Shown one piece after another: positions 12,245 to 25,942 of a DNA stretch of 64,000 nt; within the stretch, counting starts at the first letter, position 1, and each line of letters starts with the position of its first letter. This DNA is from Octopus bimaculoides. Taxonomy: Eukaryota. The stretch is from contig NC_068986.1 of assembly GCF_001194135.2 (NCBI RefSeq), forward strand, positions 106,026,617 to 106,090,616, in the 5' to 3' direction. The notes below the pieces were generated by a model. The model did no database searches and had not been told where the DNA came from. It was given only the letters and a program-made list of their open reading frames with translations. The position numbers were made by a program, and so were the translations under genes.

Positions 12245-14056
12245 TGCATAAGAGTCTTGCAACTTAAATACAAGAAGGAAAAATTTAGGATATATACAGA
12301 AAGCTTAAAAATTGTAACATTAAAGAACCTGTGATTGGCGACCTAACTATATTCTTTTATGAAAAAATGAACCCAAAGAAAGTAACTCGTAAGTTATGTC
12401 GCTAGCAAATAAGTTGTTAACTATTCTGACAATAAATTTGTGACAATATTATTATTCTGACAATAAATTTGTGAAAGAATGCTTTCTATTAGTTTTTAAA
12501 CTTTCGTGCTTGGAGTAGTTTAAAATGATTGAAAAGATTAGCTTATCTCTAAGCATAACAACAATAAATATCTGTTAAAGAAACTGCAAGTGATATCAAA
12601 GTTTCATGAGAAGAAAAGTCATTAGAATTTCGTTTATTTTTACTGGTTATCGATAAATGTACTGATATATCTGATACAGCTGAACTTGCAATTTTACACT
12701 TGATGTTGATAAGGCCTTTAATGTTACAGGAAGAAATATTTCGTAATCAAACAATGAACGATATCGTTAGAAGAAACATCTGTGGAGATGAAAGAAAACA
12801 AAACAATAATAAAACGTTTAATCTCTTCTTAGAAAAGCTTGTCAGTGTATCTAAAGATATTACCAAACCAGCAATGATTAAGATAGGTCTCATGCTAAAT
12901 TACAATCAAAATTAGTTTCTCTAAATTCGACATGCAATAACTTTTCATACTACAACAACTATGTGCAAAATCTGAAAAAAACTCGAAAAATATCTTGCTT
13001 GTCATTGTTAATACAAGTATCAATTTCATAAGATTGTAAGCACTTAACCATGACCAATTTAGAAATATTTTAGTTGGAAACCTAAATCTGTGTTTGATGA
13101 TGGCTATACTATCACACTACTTGTTGGTTACGGTGGGGGGTAAGATATGACAACATTTTGTAGTCTCTGAGAAGATTGATGCATTTTCGGAAATGAACAA
13201 TAAATTTGTCACTGAGATGCAGAATAACCCTTTCTGCTGTTGAGGACAAGACCTAAAATTTCGGAGGAAGAAAGTGGTCAATAACATCAATCCTAGCGGT
13301 CAACTGGAAAGGAAAAAGCGACCTCGGCGGAAATTAAACTTGGAACGTAAAGAACCGGAGAAAAGGCTGTTAAGCACTTTGTCTGGTGTATCAACGAGAC
13401 CGCCTCACTGAAAGTCAGAATAATAACTTATATTCTTGTAGATATTACCATCTGTTTAAATATAGTATTATTTGAATACTGTTGAAGAGAATTCTCCAGT
13501 TAATTCAAGAAATATGTTCTCATATGAAAACTTTTAAAATGAAACTTCAAATTAGAGAGAATCAATTCAGAAGTGGTGATATTTTCCATTTACCACTTCC
13601 CAACATTAGCATAAATAATGTATTCATTCACTCGAGACACCTGAATACATTATTTATGATAATGAATTAAAGAATTTGTCAAAAGAACGGAGCATCTGAT
13701 TGAATGATTTCAACGCGGGTGATGTTAATTTTCACCCATTTAATTCCCCACGAAAGAACCGTCAAAGGAAATAATAGAACTTCGGAGTGGTGAAATACCC
13801 TGGCAAACCTGCTATAGTTTTATTGGACTCTCCCTAAAGACCAAAAACTGTGCTGATTCACTCGACCATAATATGTCATTATATTTAGTAACACTTATAA
13901 ATATGAACAACGTTATTCTCGAATGGAAATGTTAAAGTTAAAATCAGGAACTATATTAACAGATAATAATCTTGGAGACAATTTACAAATTGCAACTCAA
14001 AAAATATTGAAGCCTTGTAAAAAAAAAAAAAAAATGCAAAGTTAAGTTTCTCACTA
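12245..14056 (+). pseudogene. Decayed hAT transposase of the GTF2IRD2/EPM2AIP1/SPIN-like group, interrupted by a SINE (~13240-13405, minus)
   Basis: Manual translation gives fragments VKECFL, IEKISLS, VIDKCTDISDTAELAIF, KLVSVS, ALNH.QFR, VDIT, HMKTFKMKLQI and FSNTYKYEQRYSRM...LTDNNLGDNLQIAT...VSH*, colinear with hAT catalytic and dimerisation domains. Many frameshifts. Confidence 0.85.
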
Positions 14057-15012
14057 AAGTTCAGGAATAATTTCTTTCTGTTATTTTTTTTTTTGTTACA
14101 TAAATAATAAATATAAGATAAATACTTTTCTTATCTAAATTCTGTTTCAGTAGCGAACTCCCCCGTACCTCTTCTTTCTTCTGTAATGCGGGAATTAGTT
14201 CCTCTGACACATGTCTCCCAGCTATCATGGTTTTTTTAAATACTACTTGTATGTATTGAAGTTGCTGTTTTTATTATCATGCGATCATCATTTTCCGAAA
14301 TCATTACATGAAATGATTACACTACATACAATACGTAAATACCGCATTAAAGATATTTTTTAGAGGTATCGTCCGTTGGTCGAAAGCGGATAAACTCGCC
14401 TACTCTGGAACTTAGTATCAAGGGCTAAATATCGTATCATTGCATGACGTAGATTTGAACTTCGTAATAGTATATTAAAATAACAAAATACAGAGACTGT
14501 CTTAAAATGCTAAAAGAAAAAGGTTTAGTAGCTTTCATTCATTTTAGGCTCAAAGTCCCATCCCCAGAAGCGGACTGAGTACAAAAAAGAAAACAAAAAA
14601 AAAACGGCCATGTTGATCGTAGTTGCGTGACTAACCCTGTAGTGGCGGTGTGAATGGCGATAGTAGCATCGGGCGAATTTAGTAGCAGCGGCTATTCCTC
14701 AAATGGTAAAGTCCAAAGGTTCTCAACTGGGGTCCATATAGCCCCCGAAGATCCATGTAGGGCGCCACTTGTTTTCTTAACGAAACATTTTCAAACTTGG
14801 GACACTAGTAGAATGTATCATAACGTCTATTGAGGTGAAAACAATTACTGCTGTGGAATGTAAACAACACGTTTACATTCGCACGTTGTGTGGTGTAATG
14901 AGATCTTTTCTCTTGAATAAAATTAGTGCTGTTGTTTGTCAACAACAACTATCAGCGGTGCTGTTATTTATGACATCGTTCGTGCGTTTGTACTGGTTTT
15001 AGCTTTAAGGTT

Positions 15013-15128
15013 TTAGGGTTAGGGTTCGGGTTTTAGAGTTAGGGTTAGGGTCTTAGGGTTAGGGTTAGGGCTATGAGTAGTTTTGCCAAAATACTCATAA
15101 CCCTAACCCTAACCCTAACCCTAACCCT
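15013..15128. repeat. Interstitial telomere-type repeats: degenerate (TTAGGG)n, palindromic spacer, (CCCTAA)n
   Basis: TTAGGG units at 15013-15070, then CTATGAGTAGTTTTGCCAAAATACTCATA, then TAACCC units to 15128. Confidence 0.9.
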
Positions 15129-15439
15129 AGAGCCAACACATACAGAAGTGGAGACAAGGCACACCCCTGACGAACTGGACGCTCGATCTTGAACAACTTG
15201 GTTAGTTTAGTGACTGAGGGGGATTACTAAAGTATGTAGAGGGATATGAGAGAAATAGAGGGGGTGGATAGAATAGGGGTGAGTTGGTAGTCGATATAGC
15301 AGTGGTTAGCGGCAGAAAGGAATTGGGTTGGTGTTTTGAGCGGGGTGCAATGATATGCAAAGTGTATGAAATTAAATATAGGGAAGTGAATAGGGGGAGG
15401 GTAGAGGTTGACAGGTTAGCATCCAAAGAAGTATATTCT

Positions 15440-15820
15440 TATATTTGTTTCAGTCATTGGACTGCTGCCATGCCGGAGCAACACCTTAAAGGGTTTTAGT
15501 CGAACAAATCGACTGCAGGACCTTATTTTTTGTAAGCCTAGTACTTATTTCTATCGGTCTCTCAATCCGAACCGATAAGTTACGGGGACAAAAACACACC
15601 AACATCGGTTGTCAAGCGATGGTAGGGGAACACACACACACGCGCGCGCGCGCGCATACACACACACACACACACACACACATACGACGGGCTTCTTTCA
15701 GTTTCCATCTACCAAATCCACTCACAAGGATTTGGTCAGCCAGAGGCTATAGCAGAAGACACTGGCCCAAGGTGCCATGCAGTGGGACTGAACCCGGAAC
15801 CATGTTTCTTACTATAAAAC
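15440..15820 (-). mobile_element. SINE family C copy with internal (CA)n
   Basis: Reverse-complement tRNA-like head (GGACTGAACCCGGAACCATG), CORE-like GGCACCTTGGGCAAGTGTCTT, internal microsatellite. Confidence 0.85.
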
Positions 15821-16104
15821 CACATATTTTTTTTTATATCAACTGTACATGTAGTGAGCTGTTCCTGCTCCCTTAATAATAGTTAACCAGATTAAATAAT
15901 CGAATACTGCATAATACGAGATAATCTCTCAACAACCCAAAGGTCTAAACTCTACGACTTGATTTCAATTATGGGACGAACCAATGTTTAATTCATTCAC
16001 TGTCCTAAACTTTAAATGCAAGAACTGCAGCCAATGGCAACTATTTCGAAATGCTTGACTTCATAAGTATTCAAAGGGTCTTTCCAAATTCAATTTTTCG
16101 TGTG

Positions 16105-16107
<3 letters not shown>

Positions 16108-16145
<38 letters not shown>

Positions 16146-16158
16146 ACANNNNNNNNNN

Positions 16159-16219
<61 letters not shown>

Positions 16220-16677
16220 GCACACACACATATGCATGTGTGTGGGTATTTGTTTCTGTGAGTGTATGGAGAGAGAAAAAGAGAAAGAGAAAGAGAGAGA
16301 TAGAAAAAGAGGTAGATTGATAGACAGAGAAAGAGAAAGAGAGAGGTAGAGAGATAGATAGATAGATAGATAGATAGACAGAGAGATAGAGGAGAGAGAG
16401 AGGAGAGAGAGGGGGGAAGTGTATCAGAGCGGCGAGCTGTCATAATGGGTCAAAATACAAAGCGACGTTCCTTCCGAAGTTTACGTTCTGAAGTGAAATG
16501 CCAGCGAGGTCAGCTTTCGATTTTGCCTTTCATCTCTGGACACTCCCATCAAAATTGCTTACTTTGAACTCTGGAATGGACAGGGCTTTCGTTCAGAGGG
16601 AATGTTGTTATTTCAGCCACTTCTCATTAATGGAACCCAGGTAATCAACCTACGAGTGTTAGAGCTAGAGAAAGTAA

Positions 16678-16762
<85 letters not shown>

Positions 16763-16829
16763 GCCTGCCTGCCTGCCTGCCTGCCTGTCTGTCTGTCTAT
16801 CTATCTGTCTATCTGTCCTATCTAACTAA

Positions 16830-16870
<41 letters not shown>

Positions 16871-16884
16871 CATCTATCTATCTA

Positions 16885-16945
<61 letters not shown>
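16108..16945. repeat. Compound microsatellites (CA)n, (GA)n/(GATA)n, (TCTA)n/(TCTG)n with a degenerate family A SINE (~16425-16670)
   Basis: Directly visible. Confidence 0.9.
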
Positions 16946-16946
<1 letters not shown>

Positions 16947-17184
16947 ATGTCTAACTTTGAAATGATTAGACGCTTGCTTCCTTTGGTAAACGACAACAGA
17001 TAATCTGATGAAAAGAGTCATTAATCATAATCTTTCATATCCTGCTGACCACGAGGCGCCACCATACTATATTTAGTCAGCCAATAAATTTTAATTAATT
17101 AAAATTACACTCTGATGAAAACAATCATTATATGAATGATTAATTCTGGTCAATAAAAGGATGATGAGACAACCACCCATCAAT

Positions 17185-17640
17185 CCATTTTCTTCACTCA
17201 GTATTCTTGGAAGTTACGTTGAGATAGAGTTTCCAGGCACCTCCTCTATAGGGTTCTATCAGAAGCAACCGTCATTATACCTTTCCAGCTTGATTTCCAA
17301 ACGTGACCTAATAAAACAATGGATATTGTCCAGCCATCTTGTTCGCGGTCTGCATCTAGGTCTCATGCCGATTGGATCAGCTTAAAGAATCCGTCTTGCG
17401 ATTCTTTCCAGCGGCATTCTATTCACTTAGATTGTAACTTCTTAATGCGGAGGAGTAGCGACTCAGTTTGGAGAGACTCCCGATCTCCGAGTTACGCAGG
17501 CTGTCGAGTAACGTTATTTCAGTGATCCTTTGAAGGGACCACATTTCGGACCCTTGTATTTGTGAGCGTACTCTTTCGATCATAACCCAACGTTCGTGAC
17601 CATAAGTGAGGATAGGCTCGGAAATATAATTATTAAAATT
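17185..17640 (-). mobile_element. RTE-clade LINE 3' fragment (RT C-terminus)
   Basis: Minus-strand translation ILTYGHERWVMIERVRSQIQGSEMWSLQRITEITLLDSLRNSEI...RIARRIL...PRTRWLDNI matches the RTE C-terminal consensus. Confidence 0.85.
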
Positions 17641-17734
17641 AGAAAAATATAGAATGCAGTGGGGGTATGGATCTGATCGTCTCTAATATTGATATCTCTA
17701 GATATGTATCGATCGCATTAATCCTCAGTCGAAA

Positions 17735-19135
17735 GACAGCGAGCTGAAAGAATCATTAGTACGCCGGGAAAAATGCTATGCGGCATTTACATTTGGACTT
17801 CAAATTCCGCCGAGTTCGACTTTATCTTTCATCCTTTCGGAGTTCGATAAAATAAGTACCAGTTGAGCACTGGGGTCGATGTCATCGACTTACCCTTCTT
17901 TTCGAAATCGCTAGCCTTGTACCAAAATTTGAATCCATTATTCATCGGTCGGTGTTGCTGTGGATTACGGATCTGAGGAGGAAGGACGGAGCGAAATGTT
18001 CAGGATGGAGTCTGCGAGGTGAGACACAGCACGGATAAAGAGATAGGGAGCATGAGAGAAACTAAATAGAAGTAAAGTAAGTAAGTAATGCTTCGATTGC
18101 TAGGGAGCCATAGGGCTGGTTACTCGGTTTCCATCGCGTATAAGTGACCCTGAACACAACACACTCCCTGAACGGCACACCAGTCCACCATAGGGTTACT
18201 CATTCACAGCAGAATGGACTGGAGCAACATCAAATGAAATATTTTGTTCAGGACTGGTCCGAGAATCGAAACCACGATCTGGCAATCGTGAGGGCAACAC
18301 CCTAACCACTCGGCCACGTACCACTAAGATGACCAAGATGTGTGGTTCGTGTTGCTCTTGCTTTTGGCCGGGGACGAATTTGACCCATGATCAGAGATGT
18401 TCTAGCTTATGGTCTTGCGCAAACATAGGACCATATTCTCCAGTATGATCTAAAGCAATGGTGGACTCTCCTGTCCAAAATTACAGATTAGTGATTACAG
18501 AAGCTGTCCAGATGATCTAATCTTCTGTTCATTTTTATTCTTTTATTTGTTTCAGTCATTTGACTGCGGCCATCCTGGAGCACTGCTCTTAGTCGAACAA
18601 ATCTTATACTTTGTAAGCCTAGTACATATTCCACCGGTCTCTTTTGCCGAACCGATAAATTACGGGGTCGCAAACATACCAGCATCAGTTATCAAGTAAA
18701 GGTAGGGGGAGAACACACACTCACNNNNNNNNNNNNNNNNNNNNNNNNNNNNNNNNNNNNNNNNNNNGCACACACACACACACACACACACATACACACA
18801 CACATACGACAGGCTTCTTTCCGTTACCGTTTACAAATACACTCACAAGCTTTGGTTGGCCCGAAACTATAGAAGACACTTGCCCAAGGTGCGACACAGT
18901 GGGACTGAACCCGGAACCATGTGGCTGGTAAGCAAGCAACTTACCACACAGCCACTCCTGCGCCTATGTTTATAACGACCAAATGCATGTGCTGTATACA
19001 TGAACTCCGCCCCTCAATCAAACACTGCCTGTACATGCGCACAGAGCATAATGCACCGCTCAACCTGGAAATCACAATTAAAATCTTCCGATCGTGAATA
19101 CAACAGGTTAACCACTCGGCCACGCGCCTTCATGC
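17735..19135. mobile_element. SINE cluster: family A (17735-17935 +), family D (~18090-18325 -), family C (~18535-18965 -), tRNA-head fragment (~19050-19135 -)
   Basis: Similarity to other copies in the window; reverse-complement tRNA heads. Confidence 0.75.
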
Positions 19136-20230
19136 TTTACGACAATAGATTATATCCTTAAGGAAATTTGACTTTTATTTCTAGCAGAACTAGCGACTGC
19201 GTAGAAGTATCTTCATTGATTCAAGGCGTGTACGTGCGTCCATGCGTCCGTGTGTGTATGTGTTTGTGTGTATACGTGTGTGTGTGTGTGTGTATGTGTG
19301 TGGCAAATGTTTGCATGAAAGAGAAAGATTTACCTCGCAGTTATATTTCTTATTATCATTATTCGTCATCGATTTGTTTCATTTGTGAAACAAAGGGGAA
19401 ATAAGAAGAAAGCACGTCTCACGAGTTTCTGTTCATCGCTTATCGATCTCTATAAATAGCAATGCTGGAGGTCATAGTAGTGAAGTTTACTTTCATATTA
19501 ATCTCGCTTCTTAAAGGATTTACAAATTATCCTTTTTTTTTTATCGCTGGTTTTAACGACATATATAAATTGCCTCGGGAAAGTGTTAAAACAGTCTATT
19601 GCTATTAGTTGATAACATGATGCGGGATGGAAAAGAGAGTTAAGTGTTGTATATTCATTGTTTACTAGTATATATCATCACTTACTGTTATCAACATATT
19701 TATGGTTTCATAAGATGATACAGCTGTTATCGAATTTGACGGCTAGTAAACAAATTATGTTCCGCTGCAACATACTTCTATTCACAATTTGTTAAAGATA
19801 AATCAGAGCGAAATGGCTTCTTCGTGCATTGCTTGTAGCTAAATCTGTAAAGAATCTGCCAATGTCAGTTAAAAAATATGAGAAGGTAGTAAATAAATAA
19901 ACATTTCTTGATGTATCACTGATTTCTCCTAGCGACACTATATCAGATCCTAGAGAAGGTAAAGTGTAGTGTGCAAAATAGCCATTAACAGGGAAAAAAT
20001 TCAAAAAATCAAATATGATGCTATATTGATATTATTCTGGTTTATTTTGTAATGTATACTAGAAAGTGGCATAAAATTTCCTTGTGTATTTAAAACATAG
20101 TTACTCTCCCATTTTTCTCTCTTTCTCCCTTTTATCTCGCCTCTCTTTCACCTTCACCGTAAATGAACTTGCATCGGCAAAATTAGATTTCCAAATGCGA
20201 GTGCAGATCTATCTATCTATGTGTCTACAT

Positions 20231-20261
<31 letters not shown>

Positions 20262-21407
20262 TAGGAGTGCATATACATATACACACATGTATAAATGCAC
20301 GCAAATATGTGTGTATATGNNNNNNNNNNNNNNNNNNNNNNNNNNNNNNNNNNNNNNNNNNNNNNNNNNNNNNNNNNNNNNNNNNNNNNNNNNNNNNNNN
20401 NNNNNNNNNNNNNNNNNNNNNNNNNNNNNNNNNNNNNNNNNNNNNNNNNNNNNNNNNNNNNNNNNNNNNNNNNNNNNNNNNNNNNNNNNNNNNNNNNNNN
20501 NNNNNNNNNNNNNNNNNNNNNNNNNNNNNNNNNNNNNNNNNNNNNNNNNNNNNNNNNNNNNNNNNNNNNNNNNNNNNNNNNNNNNNNNNNNNNNNNNNNN
20601 NNNNNNNNNNNNNNNNNNNNNNNNNNNNNNNNNNNNNNNNNNNNNNNNNNNNNNNNNNNNNNNNNNNNNNNNNNNNNNNNNNNNNNNNNNNNNNNNNNNN
20701 NNNNNNNNNNNNNNNNNNNNNNNNNNNNNNNNNNNNNNNNNNNNNNNNNNNNNNNNNNNNNNNNNNNNNNNNNNNNNNNNNNNNNNNNNNNNNNNNNNNN
20801 NNNNNNNNNNNNNNNNNNNNNNNNNNNNNNNNNNNNNNNNNNNNNNNNNNNNNNNNNNNNNNNNNNNNNNNNNNNNNNNNNNNNNNNNNNNNNNNNNNNN
20901 NNNNNNNNNNNNNNNNNNNNNNNNNNNNNNNNNNNNNNNNNNNNNNNNNNNNNNNNNNNNNNNNNNNNNNNNNNATATATATATAAAACCTTTTTTGTAT
21001 ATGTATGTATATGCCATATTTTTATATTGCTATATTTACTTTTATCAGTACACACTTTTCATAGTTGTTAAATCTTGTATACTTATATTTAATTATGTCT
21101 ATATATTATTGACTCGTTTATCTTATTATCCTGCTTCTAATCCCTTACTTTCAATCAATAGATAATATGCATATTTTACCAACTAAATTCTATATGTAAG
21201 TTGTGATCATTGTCTGAGTGGTCTCTGTAGTGACCACCTCATAGTTGTGTAAAGATGGAGTATTAGGTTGATTCTACAGAATAATAATCATCTTTTTTAA
21301 TTTTTAAACTGGTCTGTCTTATCTAACCTGGTTCTGATATCTATTTCTAATTAAAAAAAAAAACTTTTATTTTATACAACATGATAATACGCAGATTTTG
21401 CTATACC

Positions 21408-21475
21408 TCAATTATAAGCTTTTCCCTCTGGGCCCTTAATGTTTTCCAAGATCTCATCATAACGTCTTAAGTTTC
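21408..21475 (-). CDS. Candidate terminal coding exon (GNLRRYDEILENIKGPEGKAYN*)
   Basis: Pyrimidine-rich acceptor CTCTTGTCATTATTTTCAG, 22 codons ending in TGA in the only open frame, higher GC than the flanks. No homology recognised. Confidence 0.2.
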
Positions 21476-22067
21476 CTGAAAATAATGACAAGAGTTAATG
21501 TCACTCCTACTCTACCTCTTTATGGACATGTACTACTACCTAATTGACTCCTTCTAATGTTTGTTTCTTTTTGTGGTGAGGGATACTTATGGCAGTAAGA
21601 AATTAAGGAACAGTAAGAGATTAAGGAATAGGGAAAACATCTAGTAATATTTATTTATGACCAGCAGCCATTTCCGAGCTGTCAATTCACAATACTCTTT
21701 ATTATCGATAAACGCAGTATTCTAGCCTTAGAGCATTTGTTGATGAGAAGAAGGGAGATAAAAAAAAAATTAGAAATGTGCCATGCTACTCCAAAATTGC
21801 AGTTCTCTTAGCTTATTCTTGTTACAATAGTGGAAACATGAAATTATTTCATCCTCTATCTCTGATAAAATATTTGAGAAAAATTATATGTTAACATATC
21901 TTGTCTGTTGAAAATCCATATTTCTTGCCGCTTGAAACGGTCGTATTGCATAGATACTTGATATCCTGTAACTTATTTTGATTTTATTCACCTCACCTCG
22001 AGCTATGCGGATAATACCAGACTGACTTGGTGCCTCAACTTAAATACCTAATACTGAATCTTAATTA

Positions 22068-22159
<92 letters not shown>

Positions 22160-22570
22160 GACGNNNNNNNNNNTATATATATATGACGGGCTTCTTTCAG
22201 TTTCCGTCAGCCAAATCTACTCACAACTCTTTGGTCGGACTGAGGTTATAGTAGAAGACACTTGCCCAAGGTGCCATGCAGTGGGACTGAACCTGGAGAC
22301 TTGTAGTTGGGAAGCAAGCTTCTTACTACGCAGCCACACCTGAACTCAGAATGCATTAAAAATAAGGTACTGATTACAAAATAAACAACCTTAATATAAC
22401 GTAGCTACATTATTTATTGTGCCATTTTAAAAACAAATTTCTCTCCAAAATATAAAATATGAATCGTTTTAAATTAAATCAAAATTAAATTTATATTTTA
22501 GGTTCTCTAGAAGACAAATGTTTTTATGAATTCTCATGAAGTCTAATTTGATCCGCCTTTTCAATTTCAG

Positions 22571-22648
22571 CAATACAAGAATTCTGACAGAATCGATATT
22601 GCTAGTACCATTAAAAGTAATCTATTATTCTAAATATGGTGACGTCAT
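22571..22648 (+). CDS. Candidate 78-nt symmetric exon (NTRILTESILLVPLKVIYYSKYGDV)
   Basis: Acceptor CCTTTTCAATTTCAG and donor GTGAGT, length divisible by 3, one open frame. No homology recognised. Confidence 0.25.
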
Positions 22649-22759
22649 GTGAGTTTACAATTTAGGCATCAAAATATAAGCCCTATCAATACTGGGTACA
22701 GTTGCTAGAAAATAGATACATGCGCACACACATACAAACACATTTATATACGTAAAATC

Positions 22760-22767
22760 ATCATCAT

Positions 22768-22803
<36 letters not shown>

Positions 22804-23340
22804 GATCATCATTTTACGTCCGTCTTCTAAGTTAGCATGGGTTGGACGCTTTGACAGTGACCAGTGAATCAGAGAACTATTTTGAGATCCACCATGTGTT
22901 TGACATGTTCTGTACGGCTGGATATCCTTCCTAACGCCAACCATTTTAAAGAATATAAATAGTCACCAATGACCATGGAATTGCATCTAGTAAGTTCTTC
23001 TCCGAAGCTCAAGTCGGTTGTTAATGGAAGACCAGCAGTCGCCCATGCTTATCAGCCCCCCACTCCGCGTCACCAATGTTATCCAAGAGAAAGGCAAAGG
23101 GGTTGATACAGCTTGGCACCTGTGACGTCGCAACTCATTTCTACAGCTGAGTGAACTGGAGCAACGTGAAGTAAAGTGTCTTGCTCAAGAACACAAGACA
23201 GAGCCTGGTCCGGGAATCGAACTCAACCAGTTGTAAGTCCGATACTCTAACCACTAAGCCATGCACTTACTGAATGTAATGGCGGCTTTTTATACGACAC
23301 CGATACTTGTGAGGTTGCCAAGTAACGGACGAATGGTGCT
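22760..23340 (-). mobile_element. RTE-type LINE/SINE tail with (ATG)n end (~22760-22960) and SINE family D (~22990-23270)
   Basis: (CAT)n tail followed by TTTTACGTCCG...GCATGGGTTGGACG. Family D motif CAGCTGAGTGAACTGGAGCAACGTGAA...GTGTCTTGCTCAAGAACAC with reverse-complement tRNA head. Confidence 0.7.
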
Positions 23341-24280
23341 GAAGTAGAGAAAGTGGTGGGTTCATGATAGGTTTTTTAGATGTTAAAATATGATGGAGGC
23401 TCAGGTGTATTGCTTTGGAGGAGATACGTGGCTTCTCTGCATTATATGCGAGTTGGGCGGAAATAGCTGGAAAGAGGACAATGATGGTGATGATGACGTG
23501 TTAGAGTGTACTTCTAATATACAAGAAGGTGATTATGGGAGAGAACATGGGCAGTGGTATGTAGGTAAGTTCATTAGGGTGTAAGAGGTAGGTGGCATTT
23601 GGTTAGAGATCAGTGTGGGAGAGAATGTAATGAATGGAATTAGGGTGAAACTGTGATAGATAGGAAATATACGTATAACGGGGAAGAATGAAAGAATAGG
23701 AGTGGCTGAGGAAGGTGGAGGTAATAAGTGGAAGTACAGGAAGGGAAGAGATCAGCAGTCTGAGAAATCTTTAGGAAGATCCCAAAAAATGTAGGTGATG
23801 TGGAAATGAAGGGGGGGGGGAAGAGAAATGTACAGTGCTAGAGAAGGATGTCAGAGATACTTAGGGGTGGCTATAATGAGTGGGAGACAAAGGTAGAGAA
23901 GAGGCTGTCGGCAGGAGATATGACAAAGGATGAGCATGATTGTTGATAACAGCGGTTGTTATAAAAGACAGAGCTGGAACTCTTTTAAATAATATATATA
24001 TATATNNNNNNNNNNNNNNNNNNNNNNNNNNNNNNNNNNNNNNNNNNNNNNNNNNNNNNNNNNNNNNNNNNNNNNNNNNNNNNNNNNNNNNNNNNNNNNN
24101 NNNNNNNNNNNNNNNNNNNNNNNNNNNNNNNNNNNNNNNNNNNNNNNNNNNNNNNNNNNNNNNNNNNNNNNNNNNNNNNNNNNNNNNNNNNNNNNNNNNN
24201 NTATATACATATATACATATATAGATGCATATGTATATACACATATATATATATATACATACATATTCATATACATGCAT

Positions 24281-24314
<34 letters not shown>

Positions 24315-25764
24315 GAGATGAGAGAAGAAATGGAGCAACATGCAACAATTAGAAGTTGATCATTAGTATTGAACGATCAGATCTAAGATAAAGAATTATT
24401 TATCTTAGATGCGTGATGTACACCCGGAGCTATAATTCTCTTTAATATATTCACATTAAAGTTACATCACTCACTAACATACTAATTGTTAGTGCTGCCA
24501 TCAACATATAAACGATTAAACGAGCGATTTATCCTATTGTAGCCGAGTTGGTTTGTTTTAATTATATTTACGAGTAGTAAACCCTGGCCATACATAAGAA
24601 CATTTTATTTATTTATTATATCTATTTACGTAACCCAAATTTATACCGTATATCGCACTTAAACTTTTACGAGCGTCCTTAATTTTTAACTCGGGTATTA
24701 TTTGTAATCATAGGGTCTTATCTAGCGAACTCAAATAGCGTTATGTGTTACGATTAAGGGTATCGGATATTACTATCAGGTTGAACTCTTTCGGTTAACA
24801 CCGACGGTCAACTTGTCATTTTCTCCACTCACTTCTTCATTCATCTACTCGAAGCAACTATACACACACGTGCCATCTTTTAAGGATGCAAAAATGTAAG
24901 CCTAAAGATCTAACGAACCTGTTCCTTTTTCCCCTTTTTCCTTTTTTTCTCCTGTCAACATTTGATTTCCTGTCAATATTCCTCTGGTAAAGTTCAAATC
25001 ATTCTGATGTCTATTACAAGGAACGAAGTAAACGCAAGCTTACCTCAAAAATAACAAACTGAAACAGCTGTAAATGTTATCTTAACCATAAATAAACTAT
25101 GATCATTCAATACTAACGATCAACTTCTAATTGTTACATATTGCTCCATCTCTTCTCTTATCTTATCTTAATATATCAAACCTTGGTAAACCCTTTAAAT
25201 TGCCAACTACTGTTAACCTTACAGCAAGCCCTATACATAGTTAGGTAATGCACCAGTAGAGCTTACGGATACATTTATCCCTTAGACGGTTGCATAATCT
25301 CTGACTCATGATTTATANNNNNNNNNNNNNNNNNNNNNNNNNNNNNNNNNNNNNNNNNNNNNNNNNNNNNNNNNNNNNNNNNNNNNNNNNNNNNNNNNNN
25401 NNNNNNNNNNNNNNNNNNNNNNNNNNNNNNNNNNNNNNNNNNNNNNNNNNNNNNNNNNNNNNNNNNNNNNNNNNNNNNNNNNNNNNNNNNNNNNNNNNNN
25501 NNNNNNNNNNNNNNNNNNNNNNNNNNNNNNNNNNNNNNNNNNNNNNNNNNNNNNNNNNNNNNNNNNNNNNNNNNNNNNNNNNNNNNNNNNNNNNNNNNNN
25601 NNNNNNNNNNNNNNNNNNNNNNNNNNNNNNNNNNNNNNNNNNNNNNNNNNNNNNNNNNNNNNNNNNNNNNNNNNNNNNNNNNNNNNNNNNNNNNNNNNNN
25701 NNNNNNNNNNNNNNNNNNNNNNNNNNNNNNNNNNNNNNNNNNNNNNNNNNNNNNNNNNNNNNNN

Positions 25765-25805
<41 letters not shown>

Positions 25806-25891
25806 CATACATACATATATAAATATACGGCTAAGTTAGGGAGACGTAAGCACACTAACACCGCTTGTCAAGCAGTGATGGGGGACAGACA

Positions 25892-25942
<51 letters not shown>

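Noticed and set aside
23340-23985. Purine-rich tracts (also 15200-15430 and the C-rich 49925-50085) as PLE RT fragments
   Set aside because: Only vague similarity on translation. Possibly ancient retroelement debris, but not assignable.
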